The notes below the pieces were generated by a model. It was not told the DNA's origin. It did not search any database and saw only the letters and a program-made list of their open reading frames with translations. 64,000 bases of DNA. Source: Takakia lepidozioides. Its lineage: Eukaryota > Plantae > Bryophyta. The DNA lies in the NCBI GenBank assembly GCA_030704615.1, contig CM060732.1:26598001-26662000 (forward strand), given 5' to 3'. Shown one piece after another: positions 27,364-40,903 of the stretch (its first letter is position 1; every line of letters begins with the position of its first letter). The position numbers and the translations under genes were made by a program.

Positions 27364-28160
27364 CCCCCTGCTTCCCGACATCCTTCACTCGGAAGAGCAT
27401 ATGGGACAAGTTGGTGGCAATGAAGGCATTCTCAGTCACCCTGCAATGCCATTTCCATCAAACAATACTGAAATGGGAATTTTCAACAAATATGAGGATT
27501 CGCAATGAAATGACTTACAAATTTGGGGTCCAAAAGCAAGAGGCATTGTAACTTACGAGTTGATGTTCGCCATTGCAGCTTTGAGAAGACTGCGATCTTT
27601 GGGCCCCGCAACCTTCAGCACAACACACTCCGCGGCGAAATGCCAATCGAGGTCGTTGGGGTGGGCTTCGGCTATGTGCTCCATCCATGCCAGGAGGCGA
27701 TGATTGCCGTCCCACACGTAAAACATCTTTTCCGGACAAGTGTTGGAAAAGAGATCAGTAGCAATCGATCTCTCAAACTCCTCATTTCGCCTTTTGCCAA
27801 TGGGGACCCCATTTGTCCACCTCAACGGAAGTTGTGGGCACGGGAAGCTCTGTGGTTCGTTCTCAATGGAAACGTAAAACGCGGCAGACCCCATTCGATA
27901 TCCATCCCGGAAAGAGAATTTCAGCTTGTCGATATCGCCTGGGAGGGCAGGTCTCACCACTTGCAATGACACCAAGCGGCAAAGGGGAATTCGAAAGCTT
28001 GGCCGGGTACACCATGCCCCCTAGCACCCTGCCAATGTTGCTGTGGGTTGCCTCCAACATCTTGGCAGCGGCCAACTTCATATCCGCCTCCGACATGACG
28101 TCTGCTGCAGAGGGGTTCTCCGGCAGCCCACCAGGACCGCCAAATCCAGCCTGTATGCTG
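27364..28160 (-). pseudogene. ParB-like gene copy B fragment (gene-5' side of the LTR insertion)
   Basis: Homologous to about 33787-34580; encodes VRPALPGDIDKLKFSFRDGY...FYVWDGNHRLLAW. Confidence 0.85.
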
Positions 28161-28162
28161 CC

Positions 28163-31100
28163 TGGGGGGTGCACTCTTTATAACTGTGCGTATCACGTGG
28201 CGTTCGTCGCCTAATAAAAAAAAACCCCCTGTATACGGGTCCTTGGATAATTTATATTTATACCCCCTCTGTACATACTTTTTGAAGATTATAAAACCCC
28301 CTCCTGTAAATATACAAAATTTATAATTTTTAAAAAGTACCCCCTGTATGTATATTCTCATTTCCATCATTAAAAATAACCCTCCAATATGTATATGTAT
28401 GATTTTATATTATATCGAATTTATTCATTTAAAACATAATAAAATCTAACAAATTAATTAAAAAAATTATTTGCCTTTGATAAAGTTGTCAAGACTTTTC
28501 GTCATTTTGCATCAAGTACATATGTGTTGACTTGACATTGTACTTTAAACATGCTAACGCGATAATGGAATCCAAATCAACCATCATGTTATCCGTCAAA
28601 TCGTACGTATAGACCCCCTCCTCGAATTTTTTGGTAACCACGCTAACCCAATCTCCATATGAGAAGGACGTTCCAATAAATCACAGAAATCCCTACCATT
28701 CTACAAACCGCTTTATTGATTTCTTCCCGCATTCTTTGAAACCCTGCCCAAAATACCAAGTGTCTTTGGTTTGCTCCTCTGCAGGTTTCCCTGGTCTACC
28801 TTTCCTGTTTGTAGTTTTGGATCGCAGTCGCTCCTCATCAACAAAAAATACAGCACAATCCGAACCCAATCCCAAGCTCGTGGCTTTGTTGCTGGTAGTT
28901 GGTTTGTTTTCTCGGCAAAACAACATCGATGCACTTCTTACTCGTGTCAATCTATCCTTGGATAGAGTAGGGTTGCCATTGAGTTGGCTAACCAAAGTGC
29001 TTTTGAATATGGTCTTCCCGTCTACTTTGACAAATGGAACCACCACCTTCGATCCATCTTTCTCTTGTTCAAACTCATCAATGACAGCATCCAGAGTATG
29101 TCTCAATTCACTTTGAATAAGTACCTCTTCCGCATGATCATCCAAAGGTTGGCTCAAAACATCCTCCATTGAATTCGAAGGCCCGCACACCAATTCATCT
29201 TCCACGACCTCATTTTGAATATGTGTGTCTGCATTAAGAGGACAAATAGAATCTATGGCATCGACATCATCACCCTCCTCTTCCATGCTTTTGAATAGCT
29301 CGGCCTCCATTTTGTCTCTCAATTGTCCATGGCTCATTCCACCAATCCAAGTTTGTCGCTTTGTTTGGTTTCATCCCAAGTTTATGGCATAAAAGTTGCG
29401 CTTCTAGAAATCCAGTTTTCAAAGCCTCCACAATGCAATCATCCGATTGGACAGTAGAAAAGTCGGACAAATCAGCAAGGGGGATACCTGGCTTCTTCTC
29501 CAAAGAAACCAAATGTTCTTGTTTCTTGTGAGCTCTTGAGAACTTGGGTCCTTTTGGATTCACCTCGAACTCGGATATGCGTGTTAATGCTCCCGCACTC
29601 TCAATCAAATCACACCCGTCATATGTCCTCTCATTCCGTAACATACCTCCCACTTTGCTGAAGAATATTTCACACACATCTGAACCAACAAGGCTCAAAG
29701 GAACTTGCACATGATTAAACTTATCCTTGAACAATTTGATAAGTAGAACCACGTAGTGGCATGAAATTTGTAAATCCAAGTATGCTTCCCTGCTAATGAA
29801 GAAGGATTTCAGATTATACACCTCGTGGTGGAATAACCACAACTTCCACAATCTGAAAAAAAACGATACCTTCGCAGCAGATTGTACCCTCTCACACAAT
29901 GACATGTGAGGAGACAAAAAAATGTCGATGTAGCATGAAATGATGTATAGGTAAAATTCAGTACCTTTGGTCCTCTCCCTTCGATGATTGACAGTTGATT
30001 GTAACTCCCTCAAACAAGCTTGCACCTTCCGAGATGCCAGTCGTTGAGCTGCTGCCCAATTCTGTCGATCTTCTCTTTTGATATCACATTCCCGAAGTCC
30101 ATGCTTGTCCACTGAAAATGAATGGTAGACCAATAACACATGATTCAATGTAGCAACCTCATCCCCAACACCAAAGTCCGTGATGCACTGTCCAAGGGAT
30201 TTACCAATTTTTTCCCATTGTGGATGAAGTCCTGATCATGGAGTCCGTATATATCTCCCCCGTTGCACACTCGACCTGTAAACAACCATCCTTCCCAAGG
30301 GATGCAAAATCTACTTCCAGCCCATTGGCATAATCTTCTAACATCACTTTTCTTCTCCTACTATCTCCGTCTGAAGCATGCCCAATTATAGGCCCAACCA
30401 CGTCCCTCACATATTTGTCCCACAACTGTCTCACCACTTCCCATTGTGATCTCACAAAATTGTTGTCAAATCTATTGCAAGTGAGCTGGATTACCAATAC
30501 CAATCGAGGTAATCGTACATGTAGAGGATTTGCTATCAACACTCTGGCGTAATGGGCAACCACATTGTTTTTGAATGCCTCCACAATATATTCGTACCCT
30601 GATTCCCCTTCTCCCACTTGCACCACAAAATTTGAAATACATACATGGTTGTCTTGAAGCCCACAGAACCCGAGAAGGGTGTCATCCCTAGCAATCCAAC
30701 GTACCAATCGCTTCACAATAGTTTCATCTTCGGCCACCATCACTGGGATGCTTCCCATTGGAATATTTGCATCTTCCATCACATCCACATGCTGAAATAT
30801 ATCATCCATTTCTCCCACTCTATACTTCAAACCTTTCCTCAAAGACCGTCTTGTAGTATCAATAGAAGGACCCCTCACATTTGAAGCCAAAAAATGATGC
30901 AATCTCGGACCCCCCCAAAGCTGCACAGTCTCAAACATTGTTTTTGTGCTAGTACCATGCCTCTTCCTTTGTGGAGACCTGTCAATATTCTTGCCCATAT
31001 CAACAATAAAATCCCACAAACTTTCTTTTCCTTCAAAATCCCCCCTCCTATGTGCATCAACAATATCACGACAAAATTTGAGAACATCTCCTCTTTCAAT

Positions 31101-31926
31101 TGCCTCAATCCCAGACTCCTTCAAACTCCTACATCGCACAGACAAGGATGCCACTTTGGTCCTGGCCTCCCACAATTTGAACCTCAACTGCCTCAACTCC
31201 TGTCTGTTTTTGTAAACTTGTTTGACAATCTCGACATTTCCAAGATATGACAACCTTCTTCCCTTGCCAGTATCTCTCTCCCCTCTATATTCCATGGCAC
31301 CTCTCTCTATATATACCCTCATTCTGAAGTCATTTTCCAAGGGAATGGAAGAACATGCTGAACACCTCAAGTTTGGAAATGGCTCCCCATCCAATGACAC
31401 TCTAAAACAATCCGCGTGCCGAAACGTACCAACAACCTTATGCTCTTGATTGTTTAGAGTGATGATTGCATGTGTCAACGGCTCGACATACCACTTCTTT
31501 CCTCCCTTGCTATCTTGAAGGAATGGTTTCAGACTTATTCTCTTGTGGTTGTACTCCCACCATTCATCCCATAGGCCCCAACACAAACTGTCTCTTCCTT
31601 TGTTGCATTGGGACCTTCGCTATAATTGTCAATCCTCAATCAGATCTGCCCGTTGGGCAACGTCAACACAAGTGTAGGGAGTTTGTGACGAGGATGCTCC
31701 CATTGTTGATGCCACAATTGGATTGTCAAGTGGTGGGGACGGCAACACAGGTTGACTGACCAAGAAAGAGCTTAGATCCCGTTGCTTTACATCTTTGGCA
31801 ATCATAGGCTTTGGAGGCCTTCTTCTCTTTTTGCACAGTCCTTCACTACTTCCAACCTTCTGGCAAATCTCTGCATCGACATGAGTTTTTCCTTTCACAT
31901 GCTCTGTCAAAGAAGATTGCAAAGAA
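28163..31926 (-). mobile_element. P-element-like transposon copy 2, 5'-truncated, frameshifted transposase (stop at 28467)
   Basis: Near-identical to 8145-11819. ORFs 30201-31586, 29270-30148 and 28693-29337 carry the same DDE motifs. Retains about 100 bp that is deleted in copy 1 near 11155. Confidence 0.85.
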
Positions 31927-32335
31927 TGTGGATGAACCGCATGACATGGTGGTTTCAAGTACTTCCCCATGCTTCGTTTGGGGCTTCTACTCTAGTAGGG
32001 GGTGGATTCATTGTATTTTTTCAAGAAAGCGATCTGATGGAGAATCTCCACAGGTGACGACGAATGCGCAAGAGCAGCTGGACACACAAGCACATCAGTT
32101 CAAGATGGAGATATCTCCTGCAGCAGAGAGCCTACGTGACTATGTGACGAGGTACTTTCTGCTCTACAAAACCAACCTATTTTTTCGGGAGATAGCAGAT
32201 GCTTGCCGGAGCCACGAGTTCACCGACCAGCCGAACGCGGACAAAGCAGCAATGCGCCTTCTATACAGGTACATACGCGCTGCCTTTCTTTGAAGTCCTT
32301 GCATTTCAGGATGTTAGAAGCCTCATGTGGTGTTA
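31927..32335 (+). pseudogene. Inverted internal exon of the ParB-MTase gene, ending at donor TACAG|GTACAT (32268)
   Basis: Reverse-complement homologue of 40904-41296; continues the gene from the break at 33125. Confidence 0.85.
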
Positions 32336-33127
32336 GGGAAAATGGCGCCGAATTTCCAGTCAGGGCTCCGAAAATGGCGAAGTCCCTAGATTGGCTGGCC
32401 CTAAACTGGAAATTCGGCGCCATTTTCCAGTTCTAGGCCCTATTGCCGTTCAGGGACTTGGCCATTTTGCTAAGTCCCTAGACTGGCTGGCCCGGAACTG
32501 GAAATTCGGCGCCATTTTCCAGTTCCAGGCCCTATTGCCGTTCAGGGACTTGGCCATTTTCGGCCTAAGTCCCTAGACTGGCTGGCCCTGAACTGGAAAT
32601 TCGGCGCCATTTTCCAGTTCCAGGCCCTATTGCCGTTCAGGGACTTAGCCATTTTCGGGCTAAGTCCCTGGGGTGGCTGGCCCCGAAGTGGAAATTCGGC
32701 GCCATTTTCCAGTTCCAGGCCCTATTGCTGTTCAGGGACTTAGCCATTTTCGGGCTAAGTCCCTAGGGTGGCTGGCCCGGAACTGGAAATTCGGCGCCAT
32801 TTTCCAGTTCTAGGCCCTATTGCCGTTCAGGGACTTAGCCATTTTCGGGCTAAGTCCCTAGGGTGGCGGGCCCCGAAGTGGAAATTCGGCGCCATTTTCC
32901 AGTTCTAGGCCCTATTGCCGTTCAGGGACTTAGCCATTTTCGGGCTAAGTCCCTAGGGTGGCTGGCCCTGAACTGGAAATTTGGCGCCATTTTTCCAGTT
33001 CTAGGCCCTATTGCGGTTCTGGGACTTAGCCATCTTCGGGCCAAACCAGGAAAAATGGCGCCGAATTTCCAGTTCAGGGCTCCCAAGATGGCTAAGTCCC
33101 TAGGGTGGCGAGTCACCGAAAACCGAA
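32336..33127. repeat. 95-bp tandem satellite (about 7 units) grading into the 146-bp unit type
   Basis: CTAAGTCCCT recurs at about 32470, 32565, 32660, 32755, 32850 and 32945. 33045-33127 matches the reverse complement of about 17185-17266. Confidence 0.93.
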
Positions 33128-36100
33128 TGTGGGGTCAGAGAGTTTGTCCGGTTTGGGGAAGCTCCACATGTCCCTGGTACTTTGGGAACCATACCGGGTC
33201 TGTCCAACCACCCAGCATATTCGTAAGCGCCAAACACCACAAAAGGAGTTGTTGCCACCACAAGTTGGTTAAGAATGTATCATCTTTTCTGTTGCATCCA
33301 CACAGGATGTGGCTAGACGATGGAGCTTCTCCAATGTCATCGTGGGCTTCAGAGCGCGAGAGTAGTGCTTCCCCACCTCCACCAGAAAAAGTCGGCACCA
33401 AGGGCGGGATCAGCTATGGCCACGTACTTTACCATCCGCGACTTGTACTTTATGCGGGCCCTCACCTCCGCAGCTTTGACATACGATTCGAGTTCCGGGA
33501 GGGTTGGATTCTTCTCCTCTGACTCCATGTAGAACCTCCGCGCATGTGCCAAATCCTGTTGTATTTTCGTCTGTCAAGAATGCGCACATAAGATTAGAGA
33601 TCTTGCTCAACACAATTTCTTCTATTGGGGGAGGAGAGACAGATTAGCTCAACAAAACGGTCAGGAGCTTTACCCGAAATATGTAGTCCACCATGGCGTT
33701 GACGCTCAGCCTATACCAGGTTCTGTCTGCCTTTGCCTCCGACTTGCACAGGAGGTTGGCACTGAGGGAATTGGCAAACTCTTGCACCCCCTGCTTCCCG
33801 ACATCCTTCACTCGGAAGAGCATATGGGACAAGTTGGTGGCAATGAAGGCATTCTCAGTCACCCTGCAATGCCACATTTCCATCAAACAATACTGAAATG
33901 GGAATTTTCATCATATATGAGGATTCGCAATGAAATGACTTCCAAATTCAAAGTCCAAAAGCGAGAGGGGTTGTAGCTTACGAGTTGATGTCGGCCATTG
34001 CAGCTTTGAGAAGACTGCGATCTTTGGGCCCGCAACCTTCAGCACAACACAATCCACGGCGAAATGCCAATCGAGGTCGTTGGGGTGGGCTTCGGCTATG
34101 TGCTCCATCCATGCCAGGAGGCGATGATTGCCGTCCCACACGTAGAACATCTTACCGGACAAGTGCTGGAAAAGAGGATCACTAGCAATCGATCTCTCGA
34201 ACTCCTCATTTCGTCTTTGCCAATGGGGACCCCATTTGTCCACCTCATCGGAAGTGTGGGCACGGGAAGCTCCGTGGTCGTTCTCAATGGAAACGTAAAA
34301 CGCGGCAGACCCCATTCGATATCCATCCCGGAAAGAGAATTTCAGCTTGTCGATATCGCCTGGGAGGGCAGGTCTCACCACCTGCAATGACACCAAGCAG
34401 CAAAGGGGAATTCGAAGCTTGGCCGGGTACACCATGCCCCCCAACACCCTGCCAATGTTGCTGTGGGTTGCCTCCAACATCTTGGCAGCGGCCAACTTCA
34501 TATCCGCCTCAGACATGACGTCTGCTGCAGAGGGGTTTTTCGGCAGCCCACCAGGACCGCCAAATCCAGCCTGTATGCTCCGGGTTTGGGGCCTGGGGAT
34601 GTCCGGGAGGATGTCATCCTGTCGTCCTCCTCAACATGGTCAGCCACCTGCAAAACCACCTCCAGCACTCTCCCCGTCTCTACTGCCCTCTCCCTGGCTT
34701 CACCTCGAACTTGCACAATCCGTGCTCTTTCTGGTGTTCTTTCCTCTCCTCCACTCTCCACCGTATGGGTAATTGCGGGGGCTGCTCTTGCCCGCGATGG
34801 TCTAACCGGTGTGTTACTGCCTCTCTGTGGTGTCTTGGAGGGATCCACCGTCTCTGTGCGTCCCTCGCTTACATTGGCATCTGTCATTTGGGCACCCCTG
34901 GCCTCTTCAGTGGCCTTTTCTCTTTCCTCCTGGCTAGCATTCTATCTTGCCTGTTCTTTTGCCCTCTCTTTTGCCCTCTCACGGGCTTTCTGTTTCTTAC
35001 TAGGGCTAGCAGCAGGGGAGCCCTCCAGGACGACCACCTTTGATTGAGGCGAACTGACACCCTCGCGCGCACTGCTCACTCCCCCCTCCGCAGCCCGTGA
35101 CGGCTCTCTCGCCGAGGATTGCATGTGCTTAGCTTTCTTCTTTTTCTTTGCGTGGGCGGGCCCTACTGCATGTGCATGAACAACCTCCATTGCCGGATCT
35201 GCTGTCCTCATGTCCTCACGCCCTTCACCTGCCATGCCGCCTGCACCAACCTCCCCAATGCCTATTCTGCCGTACTCTCGTTGCAAGTCCTCCCGTCCAC
35301 CAACAAAAGGTTGAAGTTTGCCCTCTCGCCCCAAGTTGGGCGATTCAAACATGCGATGAGTTGGAGCTGTCGATGATACCACCAGCGTGCCGGGCTCGTC
35401 GTCACTCTGTCATTCCCAAAAATCGTGAAAACCAACATCGGTGCAAAAACCAGCACCGCAATGAGCAGCGCAACCACCATAGCAACAATCGTGTAACAAA
35501 AATGAAAACATAACAAGTTTAGGAAGTATGGAGAGCCATGCACAACAATGAAAACATATGCAACAATTGCCTGAGAATGACATGCACAAGCAGCCTTCTC
35601 CACAGCTGCCGGATTTGCACACGCATTGCAAACAATGTAAGGTTCACTCAACTATCTAAAGTTCACTCATCCAGCGAAGCCAGGATGAAGATGCAAAAAC
35701 AAAGCGAGGCAACAAAGCGAAAGCAAAAAAGAAATCGAACAAAGCGAAAGCAGAAGTGGCTTGCCTGAGAGTACTCGGCTTCAGTTGACGCGGGTTGTGA
35801 GCAAGACACTGGAATCTCTTGCTGGAGCTTCAGTTTGGCCATGTGAGAGATTGGCCGTCGTCCGTAGTACAGAGCTTTCAACTTCCGCCGCGGTCTGGAT
35901 GTGAGGTCTCTCTCAGGAGAGCCACGCCCTTCAGGCGGCATAAGTCCCAGCCAAAATGGAAAAAGATCTCCGTTTTTGGGGTACATGCCTCGAATAGCAT
36001 GTTAAGCCAAGATTAGCATGAGATTTAGGGTACGTATCCAGGAAGCCATGTGTCGCCAGCCCGAATGAAAACCGACGGCGGTGGACATTTATTGCCCAAC

Positions 36101-36132
36101 TGCGCAATTAAATGTCGGATGAAGCCCTCCAT
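33125..36132 (-). pseudogene. ParB/Srx-like domain gene copy A, 5' exons (low-complexity N-terminus, ParB-like domain, helical region)
   Basis: LRIPLCCLVSLQVVRPALPGDIDKL...GKMFYVWDGNHRLLAWMEH (DGxHR motif). Donors at about 33981 and 33674. The upstream exons from ATG 36132 are tentative. Confidence 0.7.
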
Positions 36133-36149
36133 GTCGGATGAAAATCGAC

Positions 36150-36450
36150 GGAACTCGGCCCGGAATTTCCAACGTAGAGGTAATTCGGAGCGCTGCGGGA
36201 TGGAAATCCGGCGCCGGATTTCCATCCTGCAAGTAATTCGGAGCGCAGCAGGATGGAAATTCAGCGCCGAATTTCCATCCTGAGGGGTAGGGCGGCACGC
36301 GAAATTTCCCTCAAGCAGGTAATTCGGAGGCGGATGGATGGAAATCCGGCGCCGAATTTCCATCCTGCAGGCAATTCGAATCCCTGCTGGATGGAAATCC
36401 GGTGCCGAATTTCCATCCAGCAGATAAGTGGAATCCCGGATGGATGGAAA
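36150..36450. repeat. Array of about 30-bp palindromes GGATGGAAAT(C/T)CGGCGCCG(A/G)ATTTCCATCC
   Basis: Perfect palindrome at 36198-36227; variants at about 36251, 36336 and 36389; a truncated copy at about 36442. Confidence 0.9.
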
Positions 36451-39400
36451 TCTGTCACACTCCTTCATGACACAGGCAACGGCACGAAAGCTGGGGCTCC
36501 CGACAAGTGACGTGGGGGCCTCTATTGAGGTGAGTTATGCCAAAGGAGAACCACAATTGGCGACGAGGTTGGCGTTCGATGTTCCTCTTCAACTGGGGAG
36601 TTGGGAGGGACGTGAGAACTTCACCATTTGTGAGATCGATGGAGTGGATCTCATTTTGGGGATGACCTTTTTGAGCAAATCCGGAGCAGTCATAGATGGC
36701 CGCAAGAGAGTAGTCACGCTGCCGTGTGGGAATGGTGGCGAATTTTATGAGTGTCGGAAATGCCCAAACCCGTAGGAGGGCGAATAAACCTTCTGTCAAC
36801 AAGGGAGTGGGCCGTGGAGGAGCCACACGAGCCCCAGTTTTTGCTTTACGTAAGACAAGTGAAGGGAGAAGGCGATAGGGAGCCGAGCCCAGATTGGATC
36901 AAGGGGATCTTGGAGAAATACCAAGATGTGAAGCCGGAGGATTTACCAAGCGGCTTGCCACCGCAAAGAGGAGTTGACCACAAGATTGAGGTGATACCGG
37001 GATCGGAGCCGCCTACCAAGGCGCCCTACCGGTTGAGCCACAGAGAGTTGGTCGAGCTGAAGACTCAGCTCAGGGATCTAATGTCGAAAGGGTACATCCG
37101 GCCGAGTAAGTCACCTTACGGAGCCCCGGTGCTACTCGCAGACAAGAAGGATGGGACGCTGCGGATGTGTGTCGATTACAGGGCTCTGAATAAGGTGACT
37201 ATAAAAAACCGGTACCCTTTGCCAAAGATCGACAACCTTTTCGATCGGTTGGCAAGAGCAAAGTATTTCAGCTGGATCAATTTGCGCTCCAGCTATCATC
37301 AAATTCGAGTGGCGGAAGGAGATGAGGAAAAGACTGCGTGCAGGACAAGATATGGTTCATATGAGTTCTTGGTGATGCCTTTTGGGCTCACCAACGTACC
37401 CGCGACCTTTAGCACGCTAATGAACAGCCTTTTCCAGGAGTGGTTGGATGACTTTGTGATCGTGTACATCGACGACATCTTGGTGTACTTGAAAACAAAT
37501 GAGGAGCACCTGGAGCACCTCAAAAGGGTGTTCCAAAAATTGCGGGAAAGGAAGCTGTATGCCAAAGTTTCAAAGTGCGAATTCGGGGTCACAAAAGTGG
37601 AGTTCCTGGGGCATGTGATTACACATGATGGGATCAAAATGGATGACAGAAAGGTGAGAGCGATCTTGGATTGGGAACCCCCAACTTCGGTCCCGGGAGT
37701 GCGATCCTTCCTGGGACTCGCTTCCTATTACCGGAAGTATGTGAGAAATTTCGCCAAGATCGCGGGGCCGCTGTCAGACCTCCTGTGTAAGTCCAAAGTC
37801 TGGGTATGGAACACCTTCTGTGGCCAAGCTTTTGCCGAGTTGAAGTAGCGGATGGCGGAAGCTTCAGTTCTTAAAATCCCGGAGTTCGACCGTCCATTTG
37901 AGATTCATACGGATGCGTCGGACTTTGCAATTGGGGGTGTGCTTATGCAGGATGGACGTCCAGTGGCTTACGAAAGTAAGAAACTGAATGAAGTGGAGCG
38001 AAGCTGGCCTTACGCACGAGAAAGAAATGAAGGCGGTAGTGCATTGCCTTGAGCTTTGGCGCCACTATGTTGGTTCTAACCCGGTCAAGGTGTTCACGGA
38101 CAATGTCACGGTGAAGTATTTTGCCACGCAGCCTAAGTTGTCCCCAAAACAACTTAGGTGGCAAGACACTTTGGCGGCGTTTGACGTGGATATCAAGTAC
38201 AAATCGAGACGGGGCAATGTGGTGGCCGATGCTTTAAGTATAAAGCATCGGCTCATGTTGGTGTACAAGGGCGAGACGATGCTCCAAAGGAAGATCCGGA
38301 AGGCTTACCGGAAGGATGAGATGGCGAGGTGCGTGATGGGGGACTTAAGGATGGGGGTTAAATCGCATTCCACTTGCAAAATGGATTGCTCCAGTACAAG
38401 CAAAAGCGTCTCTACCTGCCGAAGGGAGGGATCAGAGATAGTCTCTTGAGAGAATGCCATGATGGTCCACTTGCGGGCCACGGCGGAGCCAAGCGCACCG
38501 CGGCACTCTTGAAGAAAGAGTATTTCTGGACCAAATTGAGGGAGGAGGCCGAGGAGTATGTCAAGACATGCACCACATGCCAGCAAAACCGGAGCAAGTA
38601 CAAAAAGCAAGCAGGACTGTTACAACCCTTGCCGATTCTAGAGGGGTCTTGGGAATCTGTCTCGATGGATTTCATGACTGCTATGCCGCTGTCAAAAGGA
38701 TTCGATGCAATCATGGTGGTGGTGGATAGGTTCAGTAAAATGGGCCATTTCATTCCCACCAAGGAGACGACAACGGCATAAGAGACGGGGCGACTTTACT
38801 TCGCCCACGTCTTCAAGCATCATGGACTCCCGAAGGATATTGTCTCGGACCGTGATCCAAAGTTTACAAGTAAATTTTGGAGGGAACTTTGGAAGAAATG
38901 GGGACGAGGCTCAAGATGAGCACCGCGTTCCGCCCTACGACGACCAAACGGAAAGGGTGAACTTCGTGGTGAAGCAGATCTTGCAGAATTATGTGTCGGC
39001 AGACCATTCGGATTGGGTGGAGCACTTGGAGTTTTGTTATAATAACACAAAACACTCCGCAACGGGAGTTTCCCCTTTCGTATTGGTCTATGGAAAAGCA
39101 CCTCTGGTGCCGACAAGTTGGGCCGCCTAAGACGTTGAGGAACCGGCAACAGCAACGGTGCTGGAAGAACGCGAGCGTTTGTTGAAGCTCGCAAAGTACA
39201 ACATTGCCAAACGGTATGAACGACAGACGAATCGGAAGCGGAGGGAAGTTAAGTTTGAGGCAAGCACGGAGGACATCAAGAATTTTCGACTACCTCCGGA
39301 AGTGAATCCGAAGTTTGTACCTCCGTATACGGGACCCTTTCGCATCCGGAAGCTTATGAATGAGGATGTGTATGAATTGGAGCTGCCGGCAAACAACAAG

Positions 39401-40900
39401 GTGCATCCGGTATTCCACGTCTCCCTTTTGAAGCCTTAATTCAAAGATGAAGCGCGTCCAAATCGGCATCAAGTGTTGTGTCCGCCACCTGTGCTGTTGG
39501 ATTATAAAAATGAACCTGAGTACGAGGTGGAGGCAATGTTTAAGTCGAGGAGGTTCCAGAATCGAGAAACGGAGTATCTCGTGAAATGGAAGGGCTATCA
39601 TCATGTGGAGGCATCTTGGGTGCGTGCCTTAGAAATGGGAAACGCATCCGAGGCGGTTGCAGCTTTCAAAGGGCGACCTCAAAAGCGGAAGAAGCGTTGA
39701 TGGGGACATCAACCTTGGATCATGAGGGAGGAAATGCATGTTTAGCCCGGCTTAGCTAGCTCAGGAATCCGATTGCAAAAACTTGTATTGTACAAATTTT
39801 ATTATAAATGAAATGGTTTCCAAATGTTGTGCTTCCTATTTTGTTCGGAATGATGATGCATGATATGGTTGACTAGTGTGTAAAATGCATGCTAGCTTAC
39901 AAAAGTGGGAGAGGTAAATTGGATTAATTGTATGTTTGCGTAGTGCCGAAATCGGGTGACTCCCATCCAAGAGGCAATGAAACTTGCGCCTTCTTTGGGA
40001 GTTTACGTGCTCGTGCACACCTGGCGTGTGTGCGTACTATAACTGCGCTACCGAGGGGGTTGCTTTGTAGTGCGGGCTAACGCGGAAGCTACGTGCTTCC
40101 GTTCACGTACTATAATTGTGTAGCCTCAGGACGAAGTCGTAGTGCGGCTTCGGCGTGTTCCCGTACCTCAGGCCAACATTCCAAGGCGGACCCAATTGTA
40201 GTGATTGGAGCGCACAGTTAGTTCAAGGTTATCTTTCCTAGTCAAAAATGGGTTCAAGCTGAACCCTTGCTCAAGGTGATGCCAAAAACGGCATCATGAG
40301 CGGTCGCAAGCAATGTTGTTGCAGTAAGGCGATTCGATCCTCGAGGAGGATCGTTCCTTGGCCTTGAAGTGGGCCAAGAAGAGTGCACTGGGAGGAGCTT
40401 GAGAAGCTCCACCCTTGGCCGAGACTTGGAGGAAGTCGGCCGAACTAGCTAGTGGAGAGTAGAGTCAAGTGGGGGTTTGGTTCTTTGCCATGGGACGCCA
40501 TGGTATGGAAACAAAGTCCTTGATGTGGGACGCCACAACTTGGATGTTCGATTCTACAAAAATGGACAAGTCGATGAGGACATCGACTCCCTGTTGGTAG
40601 GGGTGTGTGTCGAGGCCCTGTGCCTTGAGGGCAGGGGGTCGAGACGCAGGAGGGGCTGCCCCGGTGGTGGGGGCAGTGACAGCGATAGGTATGGGGGGAT
40701 GAAGCACCCTTGAGTGCCCAAGGCACTCAAGGAGGCGGAGGCGCTCACTAGGTGGAGCCCCACACACCGGGTTGCGGTGGGGGTGGCTCCACAAGGGGTG
40801 GTGGTAGCTTAGTGGGATTTAGTGGGGGTGGCTTTGGGTCTCACCATGAGGCGGAGACCTTGTGGTGGGAGTCGTGGGGAGTCTTGGGACTCATCACGGT
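36450..40900 (+). mobile_element. Chromovirus (Ty3/gypsy) pol fragment PR-RT-RH-INT-chromodomain, with a putative 3' LTR after about 39735
   Basis: [16 protein letters not shown]; RH HTDASDF; INT GHGG..CTTC, SMDF; chromodomain YEVEAMFKSRRFQNRETEYLVKWKGY. Truncated within the protease. LTR limits are uncertain. Confidence 0.88.
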
Positions 40901-40903
40901 CCC

